Positions 47,416 to 60,251 of a DNA stretch of 64,000 nt are shown in pieces. The number at the start of each line of letters is the position of its first letter. The first letter of the stretch is position 1. The position numbers and the translations under genes are program-made. The notes under the pieces are model-generated. The model was not told the origin of the DNA and did no database searches. It saw nothing but the letters and a program-made list of their open reading frames with translations. This stretch comes from Oopsacas minuta (lineage: Eukaryota > Animalia > Porifera), in contig JAKMXF010000336.1 in NCBI GenBank assembly GCA_024704765.1, positions 62,001-126,000 on the forward strand, given 5' to 3'.

Positions 47416-49369
47416 TCTTCATAGCTTTGTTTCACTTTTCTTTCCTCCAATATTATGTATTATTCCTTATTGTTATTTCATATCTTATTGAGGATGCCTT
47501 TATGTTATAAAGACGCCATAAGCCCGCATTCTATTTCTCTCTTTGCGATTAACGTCAAATAGCCAAAACTTCAATACGATATTCCCCATAATTCAGATAT
47601 CATTAGTTCCTCTCCTTTAGGGAGATGCACAGTGGTGTTTTTCCAAATAACGAAGTAGGTTGTGAGTGCTCTTCATTTCAGTTAAGCTATTTCTTAGAAA
47701 ACTTAGTCGAAAGGTTAGCCCCGCGCCTGCCTCCTTCCCCTAAGCACCACTAGAGACTCTTCGAGGACTAACAATTTGATATTGATATAATATTGCCTTA
47801 TGTATCACATTTTTAGTGCTTTTATTACAGTCGATATTAGTTGTGATATATTATAGGATTTGTTAGTGAATTTCAGATTAGCGAGATGTCATGTACCATA
47901 CGATCAGTTGGTTGTAGTGTAACACCAATTTTGTGATTACAACGATACAACCTGAATCATTAGTAAACCCATGTTTAGGATTATTTATCCTCCATTACTC
48001 TACTAAACTTTATTCAATGCATGACTACTAAATCTGACTTCCAGTCAAAGGCAGGTAGAGTTAACAACTTGTCAACTGTCCTGCTTTCGACTGGAAGTCC
48101 AGGCAAAGTATAATGTCCGTTGAAATGTAAATATATTGTTGTTTTTGCGAATATTCAGGAAACAATTAGAAATATCTCAAAATTTACGTAGATACTTGCT
48201 ATCAACGGCTACAAAGAGAGTTCATCTTAGAAAATATATCAATAATACATGTGCCATATACGCATATTTGTGAATTACATCGCTCTAAATATATCTATAT
48301 TATAATACTCAAAGGGGCGTCAATTTGGAGAATAATGGATACCTCGATGCGTAATGTGGAGAGTTCATCGCGAAGCGACGAGCCAAAGGCTCGTAGTAAT
48401 GTATAACAAAATTGTAATTATACTATAGAAGATCCTCGGCTTGAACTCAGTGCCAAACATATTACTCAAATATACAAAACTAAATTATATCTAAAGATGA
48501 CAAAAATATTATTGCGAACTATGCACGCGAAACTTTATGTACCTAAAGATTCACATAAATAGTGAGGCGGCTCAGGCCGCCCGTGCTCCGCCGGCCCTGA
48601 CAAGTATACCGCTGTACGCATTAAACAGGTAGCCACTATATAGAGTTCATTGCAATGGGAATTCCTTTTCTATAAACTCTATTATTCTTCAATTATAATA
48701 CATCTACGTATTCGTTTCTAAAATTGGTAATTATGGAAATGAAATATAATCAATATACCTAAGTTGACTATTTCATTGGAAAAATTGGTCGCACATTTAG
48801 CCTTGTAAATCACAGAATATTTTATCAGAACAGCTTTCAAGCATTTCTTTTTACTTCTCACATAGGTGATAATCAATTATCTCAATTTTGTCGAGAAATC
48901 AATAAATATCAAGTAATACCTCATAAATGACTTTTCATAATTCTATCCACGAATATTATTTGTACTACCTTTCGGCTGGATAACTACTATTGTGTCCCAC
49001 TGTAGTAATTTGTAGAGCTCTACAAGATATTCATATATTTGTGATAATTATTGTTAAGTACTCATTCACAGAAATTTCTTTACATATGATCACAGCATTC
49101 TATACACTAAGGCAATGGCAATCTATTCAAATTCTGGACCATGGATGGCAATTACCCTGGACTTTCAAAATTTCAAATAATTATCCTAACGCTATTCTAA
49201 AGTGCTCTAATGTAATATTTGTTATATTTTAATGATTTACACCCTCCTAACCCAATTATAATTATCATATTAAAATACTTTAATAGAAGAAACACAATTC
49301 ATTATTCACAATACTGTACTAGATAAGTATATATCAATAAATACAGATAAAATGATAATAATTCATTTA

Positions 49370-49440
49370 CAGTGAAGCCTACCAAAGCGGGGAGGTTGAA
49401 CCCCCAAAGATTCGGTCCACCGCTTCGGGAGGTTCCACTG
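49370..49440. mobile_element. 71-bp pogo/Tigger-like mini-MITE
   Basis: TA|CAGTGAAGCCTACCAAAGCGG...CCGCTTCGGGAGGTTCCACTG|TA. Confidence 0.6.
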
Positions 49441-50105
49441 TATTGTCTGGCTCTTCGTTCTCTCACTCTCTCCACTCGTCATGCCGGCATGTAGTAATAG
49501 TTGAATACCGTAATCTATAACAAAATAACAAAGAATATTATGCATATTTTCTTACAAATAACTTACATATAGCTCAACAATTTAGAGATGAATTTTTATC
49601 AAATCAATTCAAAATTATATACTTTATATTCACGTTAGTATTAGTTAAGTATTTGCTACATTAGACAGCAAAAATTAAGTTAGTATTCACAAAGGAAAAC
49701 TAAGTACAAACTAAGTATTTAGTTAATTTCCCTTACGGAACTAAGTCTTTCTTAAGTCTAGTCTGGATGTAACTTAAATCAACATATTTGTATTATAAGA
49801 GTGTACTTTCCTAGGTTAGATGTTTTATCATATTTAAGATTCCTTCTTGTCATGTAATTCACTTTTATTACGAAAATTCGACTGCTGAAGAGAACTACCA
49901 CAGTATTTAACTATAAATATGATTAAATCGATATTATATATGAATTTTGAAAAATTGAAAACATTTCAAAATATCCATAAATCCCAAATAGGCTCAAATT
50001 TTCTAATTGATTTTCTATTTATTCCAAATTTTCCATTTACTGTTAGTGTACTATTTAAATTCATAAAATTATAGAAATTTGATATCTCTCTGTATAGGTT
50101 TCTGT

Positions 50106-50606
50106 CAGAGATGGAACCGGTCAGCTTTTTCATGACCCGACCCAACCGATCTGGTTTAAAACTCGACCCGACCCGACCGGCCGGTCGACTGGTCGACTGG
50201 TAACTTTAACTATGCACTGACTGGCCAAAAGTGTTGGAACACCCTGCCACTTGTGACACAAGTGGCACACGGCGAGAATATGTTGAATATTCTGTGGATA
50301 TAGCAGAAAGTAGAAAATCTCTTTTGCTCAAGTTTGATGAATTATTATTTATTCAAAAATGTATGAAATAATTTTCAATAATTTGTCTATAACTAATGTG
50401 GCATTTATATTGGTGCCATGTGCTAATTGTGGCCCTGGCGTTCGAATACTTTTGGCTAGGCAGTATATAATGGATGATTATACACATAAATCCTATTTAA
50501 TACAGAAGTTTTTGGTCAATATGATTACAGTATCAAAATCAGATTTACCATATTCAGAAATTATGACCGACCGGTACCCGACCCGACCCGACCGGTTCCA
50601 TTTCTG
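50106..50606. mobile_element. hAT MITE (501 bp) with a nested Tc1-like MITE (about 50215-50465), inserted in the conserved NHL upstream arm
   Basis: TIRs CAGA[G/A]ATGGAACCGGTC and 8-bp TSD gtttctgt / gtctctgt. The inner inverted ends are cactgactggccaaaagtgttggaac / gttcgaatacttttggctaggcagt. Confidence 0.85.
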
Positions 50607-50712
50607 GTCTCTGTATTGATTTGTATTTATAGTTAGAGCTCATTACTTATAGTCAAATAGATAAGTTATATTATTTGAATTGTTTCATTATTCTAGTTAC
50701 AGAACTGAACTA

Positions 50713-51699
50713 ATGGCTACAGCTAATACCTTAGAGAGAATATTCTCTGTGAACAATAGGAGCAGGATACAACCTATAGTCAGTCTTTGTAAAAGGGGAG
50801 AGGGGCTAGAAAATCTTAATTACCCAAATGGAGTGACTATTGATAATTCTACAGGAGATATCTATGTAGCAGATTGTGAGAATAATTGTGTGAAAGTATT
50901 CGATTGTAATGGTAAGATTATGTTTAAATTTGGAGATGAGGAAAGAGAAGGAAAGATGTATCGTCCGAATGGGTTAGCTATATGTAGGGATAGAATTCTT
51001 ATTTCACATAGAAACGACTGTATTCTGACATATCAACTGAATGGGAAGTTTATTTCTAGAATAGGGAAACATGGGAAAGGAGAATTGGAATTTGATTATC
51101 CTCTTGGGCTGACATTTGAGGAATCTAGCAGTGAGGTATACATATGCGATTCTGAAAATAATCGTATTCAGATACTGTCCAAGGAACTTACTTACAAGAC
51201 ACAGTTTGGACAAGATTACCTCAAATCTCCTCTTGATGTTAAACTTACAAACGAATTCATTTATATTCTTGATCGATCTGAACTTTGTCTTCATCTCTAC
51301 GACTATCATCTTATTCTACATAAGAGTATTATTTTCAGAGGAGATGGATTTGAGCAGATTAGTCTCATTTTCTTCTGTATTGACAATTCTAACAATATTC
51401 TTATTACAGATATTGCTTCTCGCTATATTTTTATTTTCAACTCTCAATTATATTTAATCCACGAGCTATTTATAACTTATTCTACCGGTATTACAGTAGA
51501 TAACAGAGGAAGAGTTATTATAGTTTGTGATGGAGGTGAACATTGTCTCAATATATTTTGTTGTTTTTATATTTTGCTAATATTCATACTTTTGTTTATG
51601 TTTCTATTTAGAATAACTATTTTGTTACATTTGAAGAAACTATATGTATCATACCTTTTTGACATTTCACATCTTATAGAGGTTGCCTTTAATTTATAA
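50713..51699 (+). CDS. NHL beta-propeller protein, copy 8, stop-loss with hydrophobic C-terminal extension
   Basis: Six NHL repeats; the usual TGA TAA after NIF is replaced by TGT TGT. Confidence 0.8.
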   Translation: MATANTLERIFSVNNRSRIQPIVSLCKRGEGLENLNYPNGVTIDNSTGDIYVADCENNCVKVFDCNGKIMFKFGDEEREGKMYRPNGLAICRDRILISHRNDCILTYQLNGKFISRIGKHGKGELEFDYPLGLTFEESSSEVYICDSENNRIQILSKELTYKTQFGQDYLKSPLDVKLTNEFIYILDRSELCLHLYDYHLILHKSIIFRGDGFEQISLIFFCIDNSNNILITDIASRYIFIFNSQLYLIHELFITYSTGITVDNRGRVIIVCDGGEHCLNIFCCFYILLIFILLFMFLFRITILLHLKKLYVSYLFDISHLIEVAFNL

Positions 51700-52145
51700 T
51701 GACGCCATAAATCCGCACTCTCTTTCTATTTCTGGTTTTGCGATCAACCCCAAATTTCTATCCTAAAACCTTGATACGATATTCTCCATAATTCAGATAT
51801 CATATGTTCCTCTCCCGTAGGGACATGTTCAGTGATGTTTTACCAAAAAACAAAGTGCGATGATGCCTTCCTCATAAAGTGGACTCGATATTTGTTGTGA
51901 CATATTATATAACTGGGTAGTGAATTTCAGGTTAACGAGGTGTCATGTACATAGACGTCGGACTTTTCATAATTCGGAATAAAGCTAACGGGGCCAGGCC
52001 CACGAGGCTTTGGGTTCATTACGTCATACATAGTGTGTCTCGTATAATAAGTCTTAAACATTTTATTTAGCCAACAACATTGAACAAAAGCATAATCTCT
52101 ATAGAGTTTGTACCAATTATATTCGCCGATTTCAATATTTTACTT

Positions 52146-52599
52146 GGCTCTGCCTTACTAGCCAATTCTTTGAAGTCAAATCTACCCTTAGCATTTCCTA
52201 ATAAGTTCAATTCTTTCTGAAGTCTGGAAGAGATTTTGGAATTATTTGTTATGATATTTTGTAGTATTTCACAGGTCTTTTCGTGATCTCCTAACCCTGA
52301 TCATGAAGCAGCCATTCTAAATTGAATTTTGTCAGCAGTGGTGTCAAGTTTCGCGGCAGTCTCTGCATCTGAGAGAGATCTTTCAAAATGTTCCAACTGG
52401 ATATAGCATTGAGCTCGATTGCTCCAATAGACATGATTGATTTTGTCTATATCAATTGAGAGGATATAGCAACTGATTGCCCTTTCATAGCTCTCTGTTT
52501 TGTAGTATTCGTTTCCTTCCTTCTTGCAATCATCCCTAGATTTTCATGGATATAATCTTGTTTCTAAAATCACAATAACTTCATCTGGAGATTCTTGTC

Positions 52600-52600
<1 letters not shown>
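52146..52600 (-). pseudogene. TPR-SET gene fragment (TPR region)
   Basis: KKEGNEYYKTESYE..ISCYILSIDIDKINHVYWSNRAQCYIQLEHFERSLSDAETAAKLDTTADKIQFRMAASWSGLG; homologous to 15620-16070. Confidence 0.75.

Positions 52601-52601
<1 letters not shown>

Positions 52602-52630
<29 letters not shown>
52602..52630. repeat. (TA)n microsatellite, about 14 units
   Basis: Read directly; it sits at the junction of the TPR fragment and unrelated sequence. Confidence 0.95.
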
Positions 52631-52633
<3 letters not shown>

Positions 52634-53367
52634 ATCTATCAGAATCTAGGCATGATTCGACTATAATTATTATATCGTGACCTCGAATGTTGACTAAAGT
52701 TCGTTGCATCTAGGATTCTTTCCTCCTGCCTTTGGTTAAATGTAACATAACTATCATGATAATTCCATGTAATACGTAGGTAAATCTCATCTGTATGCTT
52801 CGCTCTCTAAACTTTGGCTGATCTTTGATGAAACCAAACCTGTATTTTCCAGTATTATTCCAAGGTCAAATAATTCTTTCAGGATAAAACGAAGAGAGGC
52901 ATCACCTAAACTTTTTCCATAACTTTGTATTAGACTCAAAGTGGCCACCAACAATTACCTAGCCATCAATACAATTTGTCGAAATTGTGTCATTCAAAAG
53001 TTGGCTCGTTGTTGAGTTAAGGTAGAGACCATGGATGATAATTTTTAATGATTATTAAATTAGGGAACGCGGCATTAGTTCTATTCCTCTAGTAGTCATT
53101 AGTTCTAATTTTCTTTTGTAGACGTTAGTTCTACTTTTTCAATGTGTCCATTTAGGCGCTGCATTAGGTCGAATTAAGATGTTGTGATAGATCGAATATA
53201 TTTTAGCTATGTTGTCGATAGATCGATATAGCAAATGGATTTATAGAAACGAGGACTTGATAGGGAATAATACAAAATATGAAATAGTACAATTTGTTGA
53301 AATATAACAACTGATAATTCTAAAGGGAACATGAATGATTGAATGATTATTAGTAAAATAGAAATTA

Positions 53368-54222
53368 TCAATATATATTGAGATGACCTCCATAACAAAC
53401 CACAATAACTCTTCCTCTGTTATCTACTGTAATACCGGTAGGATAATCTATAGGTATCTTGTGTATCAAATCAAATTGAGAGTTGAATATTGAAATAGAG
53501 CCAGAAGAAATGATATCAGAAGAATCTGTAATAAGAATATTGTTAGAATTGTCAATATAGAAGTAATATGGATAAATCAGCTGTAATATATCTCCTCCAG
53601 AAATAATACTCTTATGAAGAATATGTGCATAGTTGTATAGATGAAGACAAGGATTAGATCGATCTAGAATATAAATGAATTCTTTTGTGAGTTTGATAAC
53701 AAGAGGAATTCTGAGGTTATCTTTTCCGAAATGTGTCTTGTAGATAAGTTCTTTGGACAGTATCTGAATACGATTATTATTAGCATCACATATGTATACG
53801 TCTCCGTTGGATTCATCAAATGTAAGACCACGAGGATAATCAAATTCCAATTCTCCTTTCCCAGGTTTCCCTATTCTAGAAATAAACTCTCCGTTCAATT
53901 GATAATTCAAAATACAGTGGCTACGTTGTGTAATTAGAACTCGATCTCGATATATAGTTAACCCAACTGGAAAATTCATCTTTCCTTCTCCTTCCTCATC
54001 TCCAAATTTAAACATAATCTTACCATTACAATCGAATACTTTCACACAATTATTCCAGGAATCTGCTACATAGATATCTCCAGTAGAATTATCAATAGTC
54101 ACTCCTTCTGGCCCATCAAGAAATCCTAATTCCTCTCCCCATTTACAACCACTGACTATAGGTTGTATCTTGCTCTTATAGTCTACAGAGAATATTCTCT
54201 CTAAAGTATTAGCTGTAGCCAT
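53368..54222 (-). CDS. NHL beta-propeller protein, propeller-only copy 9
   Basis: Open ORF with six NHL repeats. Confidence 0.9.
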   Translation of the reverse strand: MATANTLERIFSVDYKSKIQPIVSGCKWGEELGFLDGPEGVTIDNSTGDIYVADSWNNCVKVFDCNGKIMFKFGDEEGEGKMNFPVGLTIYRDRVLITQRSHCILNYQLNGEFISRIGKPGKGELEFDYPRGLTFDESNGDVYICDANNNRIQILSKELIYKTHFGKDNLRIPLVIKLTKEFIYILDRSNPCLHLYNYAHILHKSIISGGDILQLIYPYYFYIDNSNNILITDSSDIISSGSISIFNSQFDLIHKIPIDYPTGITVDNRGRVIVVCYGGHLNIY

Positions 54223-54435
54223 TAGTTCAGTTCTGTAACTAGAATAATGAAACAATTCAAATAATATAACTTATCTATTTGACTATAAGTAATGAGCTCT
54301 AACTATAAATACAAATCAATACAGAGACCTATACAGAGAGATATCAAATTTATATAATTACATTAATTCAAATAGAATACAGTATATTCTGCTGTGCTCT
54401 GACATTCTTATATTTAATCGTTAAGTATATTTCAG

Positions 54436-55180
54436 GGTGAATTAGAACAGTCGCGGAATATTCCGTCTGGCAGTACTAACTAGTCCTCCTATATCAAGAA
54501 ATCTTTAGATAATCCCATGAATTATCATAAAGGAGGATAAGTGTGACATTCGTACTGGCGTCATTGTTAAGTAACTTCCTGATGTGTAGCTAACTAGTAG
54601 GTATACAGGGGGAAGGTAGGCCTCTACTGTTTGAGAGTGCAGTAGCTCCTAGTTATGGAACAATCTTGTTCCTAGAACTCAATTCCCTAGAACGAGTGTG
54701 AAGTCAGCAACGAATTTCATCAGTGAATTATCGCATAACTTAACGAGTGTGGAGTTTAACAAAACTTGATGAAGATATGCAAACTTTTCTGTATACATTC
54801 TCACAAATACGTGCATTTCCCTAGCCTATTAACTTTATCAGGAATGTATTTACTGATTTGTGAGAGAAGGAATTGGTTATGATAAAATTCAGTTGCCTAG
54901 TTTGATTCTGAATGGATAACATGATCCTTTTGTATCAACGAAAATGGTTGAAGGTCACAAGACATATGTCCAGCGTGTGCAGAATCAGATTATAAACTGT
55001 GAATGTTGGATGCAGCAAGATATGCCTGTAGAGGTTAATACTATTATATGTCAGTTTTGACTCAGAATTTCTTGTGTCAGATTTTTGTGATATGTTTAAT
55101 TCAAATGTGCGAAATCAGATTCAGCATATTTGATATATTTTGCATATTTACTTCAGTCACAAATTTGACACACTTTCACT
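54436..55180 (+). pseudogene. 5' exons of gene X upstream of NHL copy 9
   Basis: GELEQSRNIPSGSTN*SSYIKKSLDNP..., then LWNNLVPRTQFP...LDEDMQTFLYTFSQ...GHKTYVQRVQNQIINCECWMQQD with stops. Confidence 0.55.
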
Positions 55181-56389
55181 TGTCAAATATTAACGAGATT
55201 AATATCATTCAATAGAGGAGATTTGAATGTTTTACGGAATGTGATTATCGTACAAATTCTTGAATTTCTTTAAGCAATATTAACAACTCGCAGAGTTATG
55301 TAATTCAAATTGTTAATTAGTAAAGAGTGTTTAAGGATACTAATTAATATGGATTGACATTGAAATTTATTTAGCTATACTTTGATAATAAATCAAACTT
55401 AGTAATGACTATTTTAATGTTTCTCAATCAGCTAAAATGTCAGACAATTGCAGTCTCGTTGGATTGATTCGCCCAAACTTATCTATCAAATCATTGATGT
55501 CTACATAAATATCTCTATGCAGGTGAAGAAGAGAAAGTCCAGTCAATCGTTACAAATAAACAGACAGACAGACGGACAAATAATCATTGAGATTTCGGAA
55601 TATAGATTGTTGTTTGTCTGTTTATTTGTCTGGTTGTTGTCCGTTGTCAAGGAAAGGATCTAGGGTATGCAATTTTGAAATTGTAGCATATTTTTCGTGT
55701 GTTTAAAGGCAGTATTAAGAATTGAACAAAACTTCATTAAATATATCGAACATGCGGAACCCGATTTTCACACTTTTGGATTAATCATATGTAAATGTAT
55801 GTTGTTTTATGAATATAGAGTAAACAAATTTCAAAATTGGGGTCAAATCATACTTTCAACGACTAAAGTGGTATACTCGAGTATGCTGAGTCTGAATATT
55901 GTAAACAACATCCATATTCGTAAATATGAATTATTATTTGCCTGTTTGTTTGTCCGTTGCATACTTCGAGGCGCCATGCGCCGAGTTCATCGCGAAGCGA
56001 CGAGTCAAAGGCTCGAATAGAGTTAAATTTGCATTAGTAATTATGGGGTCCTGGAGCGAATATTTAGACTAGGGCCTTCTGGGAAAAATTTTTGACCTGG
56101 GACCTCTGGAACCTTGGGATCCCAGAAACATTGCTAGGACACTAGGATCTTGGGATTTTGCTATCAAGACCCCAGTGTCCTGAGAATAACTTCTCTAAAT
56201 ATGAGAATGTCAGAGCATAGCAGGATATACTGTATTTTATTTACATTCATTTAATTATATAAATTTGATATCTCTCTGTATAGGTCTCTGTATTGATTTG
56301 TATTTATAGTTAGAGCTCATTACTTATAGTCAAATAGATAAGTTATATTATTTGAATTGTTTCATTATTCTAGTTACAGAACTGAACTA

Positions 56390-57178
56390 ATGGCTACAGC
56401 TAATACTTTAGAGAGAATATTCTCTGTAGACTATAAGAGCAAGATACAACCTATAGTCAGTGTGTGGAAAGAAGGGGGAAGGCGGCTAGAAAATCTTAAT
56501 TACCCAAATGGAGTGACTATTGATAATTCTACTGGAGATATCTATGTAGCAGATTGGGGGAATCATTGTGTGAAAGTATTCGATTGTAATGGTAAGATTA
56601 TGTTTATATTTGGAGATGAGAAAGGAGAAGGAAAGATGCTTCGTCCAGATGGGTTAGCTATTAGTAGAGATAGAATTCTAATTACAGATCATTGCTGCAT
56701 TCTCAATTATCAAGTTAATGGGAAGTTTATTTCTACAATTGGGAAGCCTGGGAAAGGAGATTTGGAATTTGATTATCCTCGTGGTCTGACATTTGATGGA
56801 TCTCACAGTGAGGTATACATATGTGATTCTAATAATCATCGTATTCAGATACTGTCCAAGGAACTTACGTACAAGACACAGTTTGGACAAGATAACCTCT
56901 ATTCTCCTGTTGATGTTAAACTTATAAAAGAATTCATTTATATTCTTGATCGATCTAATCCTTGTTTTCTTCTGTACAACTATAATCTCATTCTACATAA
57001 AAGTATTATTTCTAAAGGACCTAGATTACAGCTGATTTATCCGTATTTCTTCAATATTGACAATTCTGACACTATTATTATTACTGATTATTCTTCTCAC
57101 TATATTTCTATTTTCAACTCTCAATTAAATTTAATACACAAGATTTCTATGGGTGAGTTAATGTCTATTTATAACTAA
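56390..57178 (+). CDS. NHL protein, copy 10, truncated in blade 6 and fused to the eIF3a intron start
   Basis: Five complete repeats; at 57151 the sequence switches to ggtgagttaat..., which elsewhere follows the eIF3a exon. Confidence 0.8.
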   Translation: MATANTLERIFSVDYKSKIQPIVSVWKEGGRRLENLNYPNGVTIDNSTGDIYVADWGNHCVKVFDCNGKIMFIFGDEKGEGKMLRPDGLAISRDRILITDHCCILNYQVNGKFISTIGKPGKGDLEFDYPRGLTFDGSHSEVYICDSNNHRIQILSKELTYKTQFGQDNLYSPVDVKLIKEFIYILDRSNPCFLLYNYNLILHKSIISKGPRLQLIYPYFFNIDNSDTIIITDYSSHYISIFNSQLNLIHKISMGELMSIYN

Positions 57179-58644
57179 CAAACTTCATTTACTTGGGGTG
57201 GCGAGGTTATGGTAGCTACGGGGACTAAGCCCATGAAATTGACATTATTGCCCCTTCCCAATGATTGCGAGTTAGCTCACTAAATTATTCAATTCATTAT
57301 ATGTTGCTCTTAAGTCTTAACTCAAATGTGTAATTTATCATTCTAACTAATTTTGTGTTCTGAGGATAAGTCCTCAAGCTCGCTGACCATATATCCGTAC
57401 ATTATACAGTCCTTGGTATCATCTTAGACATATATGATGCGCTCGCGAATTAGGTTCTAGAAAGGAGATTTCTCCATACCTAGGGATACAGCCCACATTT
57501 CCCCATTTTACTCATTAGTTAGCTACGCTTCAGGAAGCTGCTTTAAAATCACTCATGTACTCATGTCATGCTTACCCACCCTTTGTGATAATTCCTGGGA
57601 TTCTGGAATGATTCCATTCAGGATTTCAATGTTTTAAATACATAAATTGCAATTTTAGACAATTATTTGCAAAGAATGGTACATATTTTTCGAGTTTCAC
57701 TTGATTCTTGAATTATTTCCTAAATTTCTTGTGAATCCCGAGCTGTACTTCTATTTTATGTTCTACAAATCTGCAAATCATTTATTCAGGCAAAAATGCA
57801 CCTTTTCTATAATAACGAAATCATGTATATAAATGCTTTCAGCTAATACTTCATCCCTGGTACTTTTACTGTTAGGCCTTATATTTATAGGCTATGGTTA
57901 AACAAATGGTTCTAGTGCTGTATATCATATGCAATCATTGAATATCTAACTTTTACAGTAGCCTTAATTATTTCTATTATATTTATGAATATAATATTTT
58001 CAAATTAACCATGGATTATTTAAAAGACATGTATTTGCCCGATTTTATAACATTGAATAATCGTAGAAGATTGTTCTAAACAACAAAAGAGGGTAATTCA
58101 ATACCCTGGTTACGAATTTGACACTTTTGAATTTGAACCAATGAAATCTCCTCCAGTATTTCCTTCTATTAATATTCTTTAATCAACTGATGTTTCTTAG
58201 AAACAAATTGAACATTATATGGACTATACAATCATAGTAAATTGTAAATAAATTGTTTGATGGATTTGAAATCCGAGCGGAGCGAGGAAAAAATATAAAA
58301 TTTCAACCTGTGCGGACAGCTTAGTCAATTAAATATAATTTGTTTTAAAAGTGGCACTATTAATTGGAGGCACTATGTGCATTGGGATTAAACCTAATCT
58401 CTTATTGTGCCTCCAATTAATAATGCCACTTATTATACAAATTGAATTTAATAGACTAAGCTGACGGCACAGGTTGTAATTTGTTTTTTGATATTTTTTC
58501 TTATTTCTTCTAATTAGTTTTCTTAGTATTATTCCTTTCTATAAACTCTATTATTCCTTAATTTTATTTCATTTACATATTAGTGAGATGCCTCTATGTT
58601 ATAACGACATCTGTGAGTACATGCTATCTTTTGGATTCTATATT

Positions 58645-58812
58645 CTGTGGAACCTCGTTAATACGAACTACCGGATAATACGAATTACTGGCTAAGATAA
58701 CAAATATTCACACAAATCTACTCCCAGCAATTCTTATTCAATTAATATTCTTACTGCTAATACAAATTCATTTTGGTCGTCCGTTTGTGTTCGTAATAAC
58801 GAGGCTATACTG
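58645..58812. mobile_element. pogo/Tigger-like MITE
   Basis: Inverted ends ctgtggaacctcgttaatacgaac / gttcgtaataacgaggctatactg|TA. Confidence 0.6.
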
Positions 58813-59169
58813 TATATAGTAACAGTTAGGGCTATTTAATATTTTCCAATAATTTGCCCCTTTTTGGCGCATTCATATAGTTACCAAAGTCCATCATTCA
58901 TACAATCATTCTGTATACATAGTTTGATGCTTGTATCATAACATAGACTATAAACTGAACTATCAGCTAGATGGAAGGTTTATTTCCCAAATTGATAGAA
59001 CTGAAGATTAAAATTAGAGGACCCTCCTCTCAAATTTTCATACGCCTATATCAGTAAATTAGTGTTACGATATAGGGGAAGATCCTCAATTTTCAGGCTC
59101 CTAACTATAATATCGTCAAAAATCGTGTTTACCCAGAGGAGCGTCCGGCGCTCCTAGATAATACCTTAT

Positions 59170-59680
59170 ATGAGATAGGTAGAAAGTATATTTCCAAAGT
59201 TGGCAAATAGGAGAAGAGAAAATTAGAGTTTAATTTTCCTTTTGATATAGGTATTGATGATTCAAATGGAGATGCTTACAATTGTGATTACTGTCACAAA
59301 ACCTCCATTACAAGTCTCAGTTTGGTATTGATATTTGAAAAAGGCTTGTCATATCAAACCTAATACAATAATATTAATGCTGGATACATCCAATCTTGTA
59401 TACACATTTACAACAAAGATCTAGTTCTCTACAGAAAAGTATCATTTCTAGATCAGAAGGATAGCAAGTGAGATCTCCCGGTTTCTTCTTCATAGACATG
59501 TCTGATAATATTATAATTTCAGACTATGGTACCAGTCTCATGTTATACTTGATTCTGTATTCGAATTTATCCGAAGAGTTTCTATTCGGGTCCCTTCTGT
59601 TTCTACACAATTTGGAATTATAGTAGACGATAAAGATAGAATTATTGTTGTAAGCCAAAATAGTGCCAATTCTCTACAGA
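59170..59680 (+). pseudogene. Divergent NHL pseudogene fragment (uninterrupted paralogue of 19570-20690)
   Basis: Near-identical to the 19.5-20.7 kb region minus the MITE. Confidence 0.7.
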
Positions 59681-60251
59681 TTTAGTTCTATAACTTTTGT
59701 ATTTCATATATTACTAGGCCACGTCGCTTCCTCGGGCTACGCTGTTGCGAACTCTTTGTGTCTGCACTAGGCCCTACGGCCCTGAGTACATAAACTCATA
59801 ATCTAGAACATCTGGTAACCCTGGCTGTCGCTTTGTCAGAAGAGGTAGCCCGGTGTAGCAGCTCAAATCAACCCCCCGCCAGAATATACCCAGGTATAAT
59901 CTGGGCTAGCCTAGTTTATACCCTGGGTTAAACTGGGTTGGGAGGTTAATCTAGACTGTTACACCGGCCGTCCCACTTTTGAAAGAACTTTCATATATAG
60001 AAAGATATAAATATATTCATTTCTTTCCTGGAGACTCGTCCTATATACTTTAACGATTAAATATAAGAATGTCAGAGCATAGCAGAATATACTGTATTCT
60101 AATTAAATTCATTACATCGTAGAAATTTGATATCTCTCTGTATAGGTCTCTGTATTGATTTGTATTTATAGTTAGAGCTCATTACTTATAGTCAAATAGA
60201 TAAGTTATATTATTTGAATTGTTTCATTATTCTAGTTACAGAACTGAACTA

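Noticed and set aside
48930-49232. Possible further NHL remnant
   Set aside because: Only a faint ITLD..IIIL-like resemblance; too degraded to support.
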